This document shows positions 7,532 through 8,067 of a stretch of 8,067 nt of DNA, piece after piece. Every line of letters starts with the position of its first letter. The stretch's first letter is position 1. Made by a program: the position numbers and the translations under genes. The notes under the pieces are model-generated. The model made no database searches. It worked only from the letters and a program-made list of their open reading frames with translations, and had not been told where the DNA came from. This stretch comes from a virus, in IMG/VR virus record IMGVR_UViG_3300037059_000105, positions 1-8,067 of that record; one strand, 5' to 3'.

Positions 7532-8067
7532 TTACAGGGAGAAGTAGGCGGTGCAGGCGTCGCAGTCGCACTGACGGCTGGGCGGGTGGCCAACGGGGGT
7601 GGTCAGGGCGTAGTACATGCAGAGGAAGTCGGCGCGGGCCTGGTTGGGCGTTTGCGGGCTGATGCGGATGGGCAGGGGCTCGATGCCGTCGAGTTGGACC
7701 CAGTGCTGGTCGGTGGCGGGCATGAGGTCGCGCTTTTCGGTGGCGAGCATGACCATGTCGGCGTGCTCGACTTCGGGGGCGAGGTTGAGCGGGACGGCGA
7801 AGTGGCCGCGGATGCGCTGGGCGATCTGGCGTTCGATGTCGCGGTAGGTGGGCACCAGCTGCTTGAGGGGCGTGGACACGTCGCCGATGTAGGCCTCGTG
7901 GGCGTCGTGCAGCAGGGCGGCCAGGGCGTGCTCGGGCGGCACGATGGTGGCGGCCATCACGCTGTGCTGGGCCACGCTGTAGAAGCTGCGGGTGTGGCCG
8001 TTGAAGCGGCACAGGTTGGACAGGGCGTGGGCAATGTCGAGGATGTCCACGTGGCAGCGGGTGGGAT
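7532..8067 (-). CDS. HD-domain metal-dependent phosphohydrolase (YfbR-like 5'-deoxynucleotidase type), 5' end probably beyond the window
   Basis: The motifs are DIAHALSNLCRFNGH, SVAQHS, LLHDAHEAYIGD (HD at 7904-7909) and ADMVMLATEKRDL. The frame stays open from GTG 8050 to the window edge (..PTRCH-VDILDIAH), and family members usually carry ~20 more N-terminal residues. The true start is therefore likely off-window. Confidence 0.8.
   Translation of the reverse strand, partial: PTRCHVDILDIAHALSNLCRFNGHTRSFYSVAQHSVMAATIVPPEHALAALLHDAHEAYIGDVSTPLKQLVPTYRDIERQIAQRIRGHFAVPLNLAPEVEHADMVMLATEKRDLMPATDQHWVQLDGIEPLPIRISPQTPNQARADFLCMYYALTTPVGHPPSRQCDCDACTAYFSL

Noticed and set aside
2062-7847. Plus-strand ORFs antisense to the operon (e.g. 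3159..3647, 4436..4993, 5077..5937, 5938..6537, 6894..7547)
   Set aside because: Their products are Ala/Gly/Arg/Val-rich and low in complexity, with no motifs. Each lies entirely opposite a minus-strand gene that has clear domain motifs and RBSs. Long open antisense frames are expected in GC-rich coding DNA.
7518-8012. 322-aa version of ORF 7044..8012 with an Arg/Pro/His-rich N-terminal half
   Set aside because: That half is an alternative frame of the HD hydrolase gene with low-complexity composition typical of GC-rich off-frames. A good start (ATG 7517 with GGAG) follows the HD stop.
2086-8067. A cognate restriction endonuclease, toxin or other defence effector partnered with the methyltransferases
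   Set aside because: No ORF in the window has nuclease-like motifs (PD-(D/E)xK, HNH, GIY-YIG) that I could recognise. Both methyltransferases are best treated as orphans on present evidence.

Overview
GC-rich DNA (about 60-65% by eye, not computed) of proteobacterial type. The left edge holds two tandem initiator tRNA-fMet (CAU) genes. The first is cut by the window edge, and a bidirectional intrinsic terminator and a near-consensus sigma70 promoter separate the two. Directly 3' of the second tRNA begins what reads as the left arm of an integrated prophage or integrative element. It opens with a large serine recombinase on the minus strand whose reading frame crosses a terminator hairpin and stops inside the tRNA anticodon loop. 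Next comes a 138-nt intergenic region with a perfect 12-bp-arm palindrome. The rest is about 6 kb of uninterrupted minus-strand operon: 10 tightly packed genes, five ATGA stop/start overlaps and no gap over 14 nt. In transcription order the operon encodes an HD phosphohydrolase (5' end off-window), an acidic hypothetical protein, a small XRE-like protein and a small wHTH-like protein. These are followed by a 601-aa C5-cytosine DNA methyltransferase with five tandem TRD-like repeats, an ASCH-like protein and a PAPS-reductase-family PP-loop enzyme with CxxCxxC. The operon ends with a HiPIP-like Cys4 mini-protein, a small DPPH amino-methyltransferase and an 85-aa probable membrane protein. The best candidate for something undescribed is the translationally coupled DNA-modification module at 2086-6465, with no restriction partner in the window. 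The quintuplicated target-recognition region of the C5 methyltransferase and the recombinase/tRNA junction also stand out. All plus-strand ORFs in the track look like antisense artefacts of GC-rich coding DNA. No CRISPR array, IS element or rRNA was seen.
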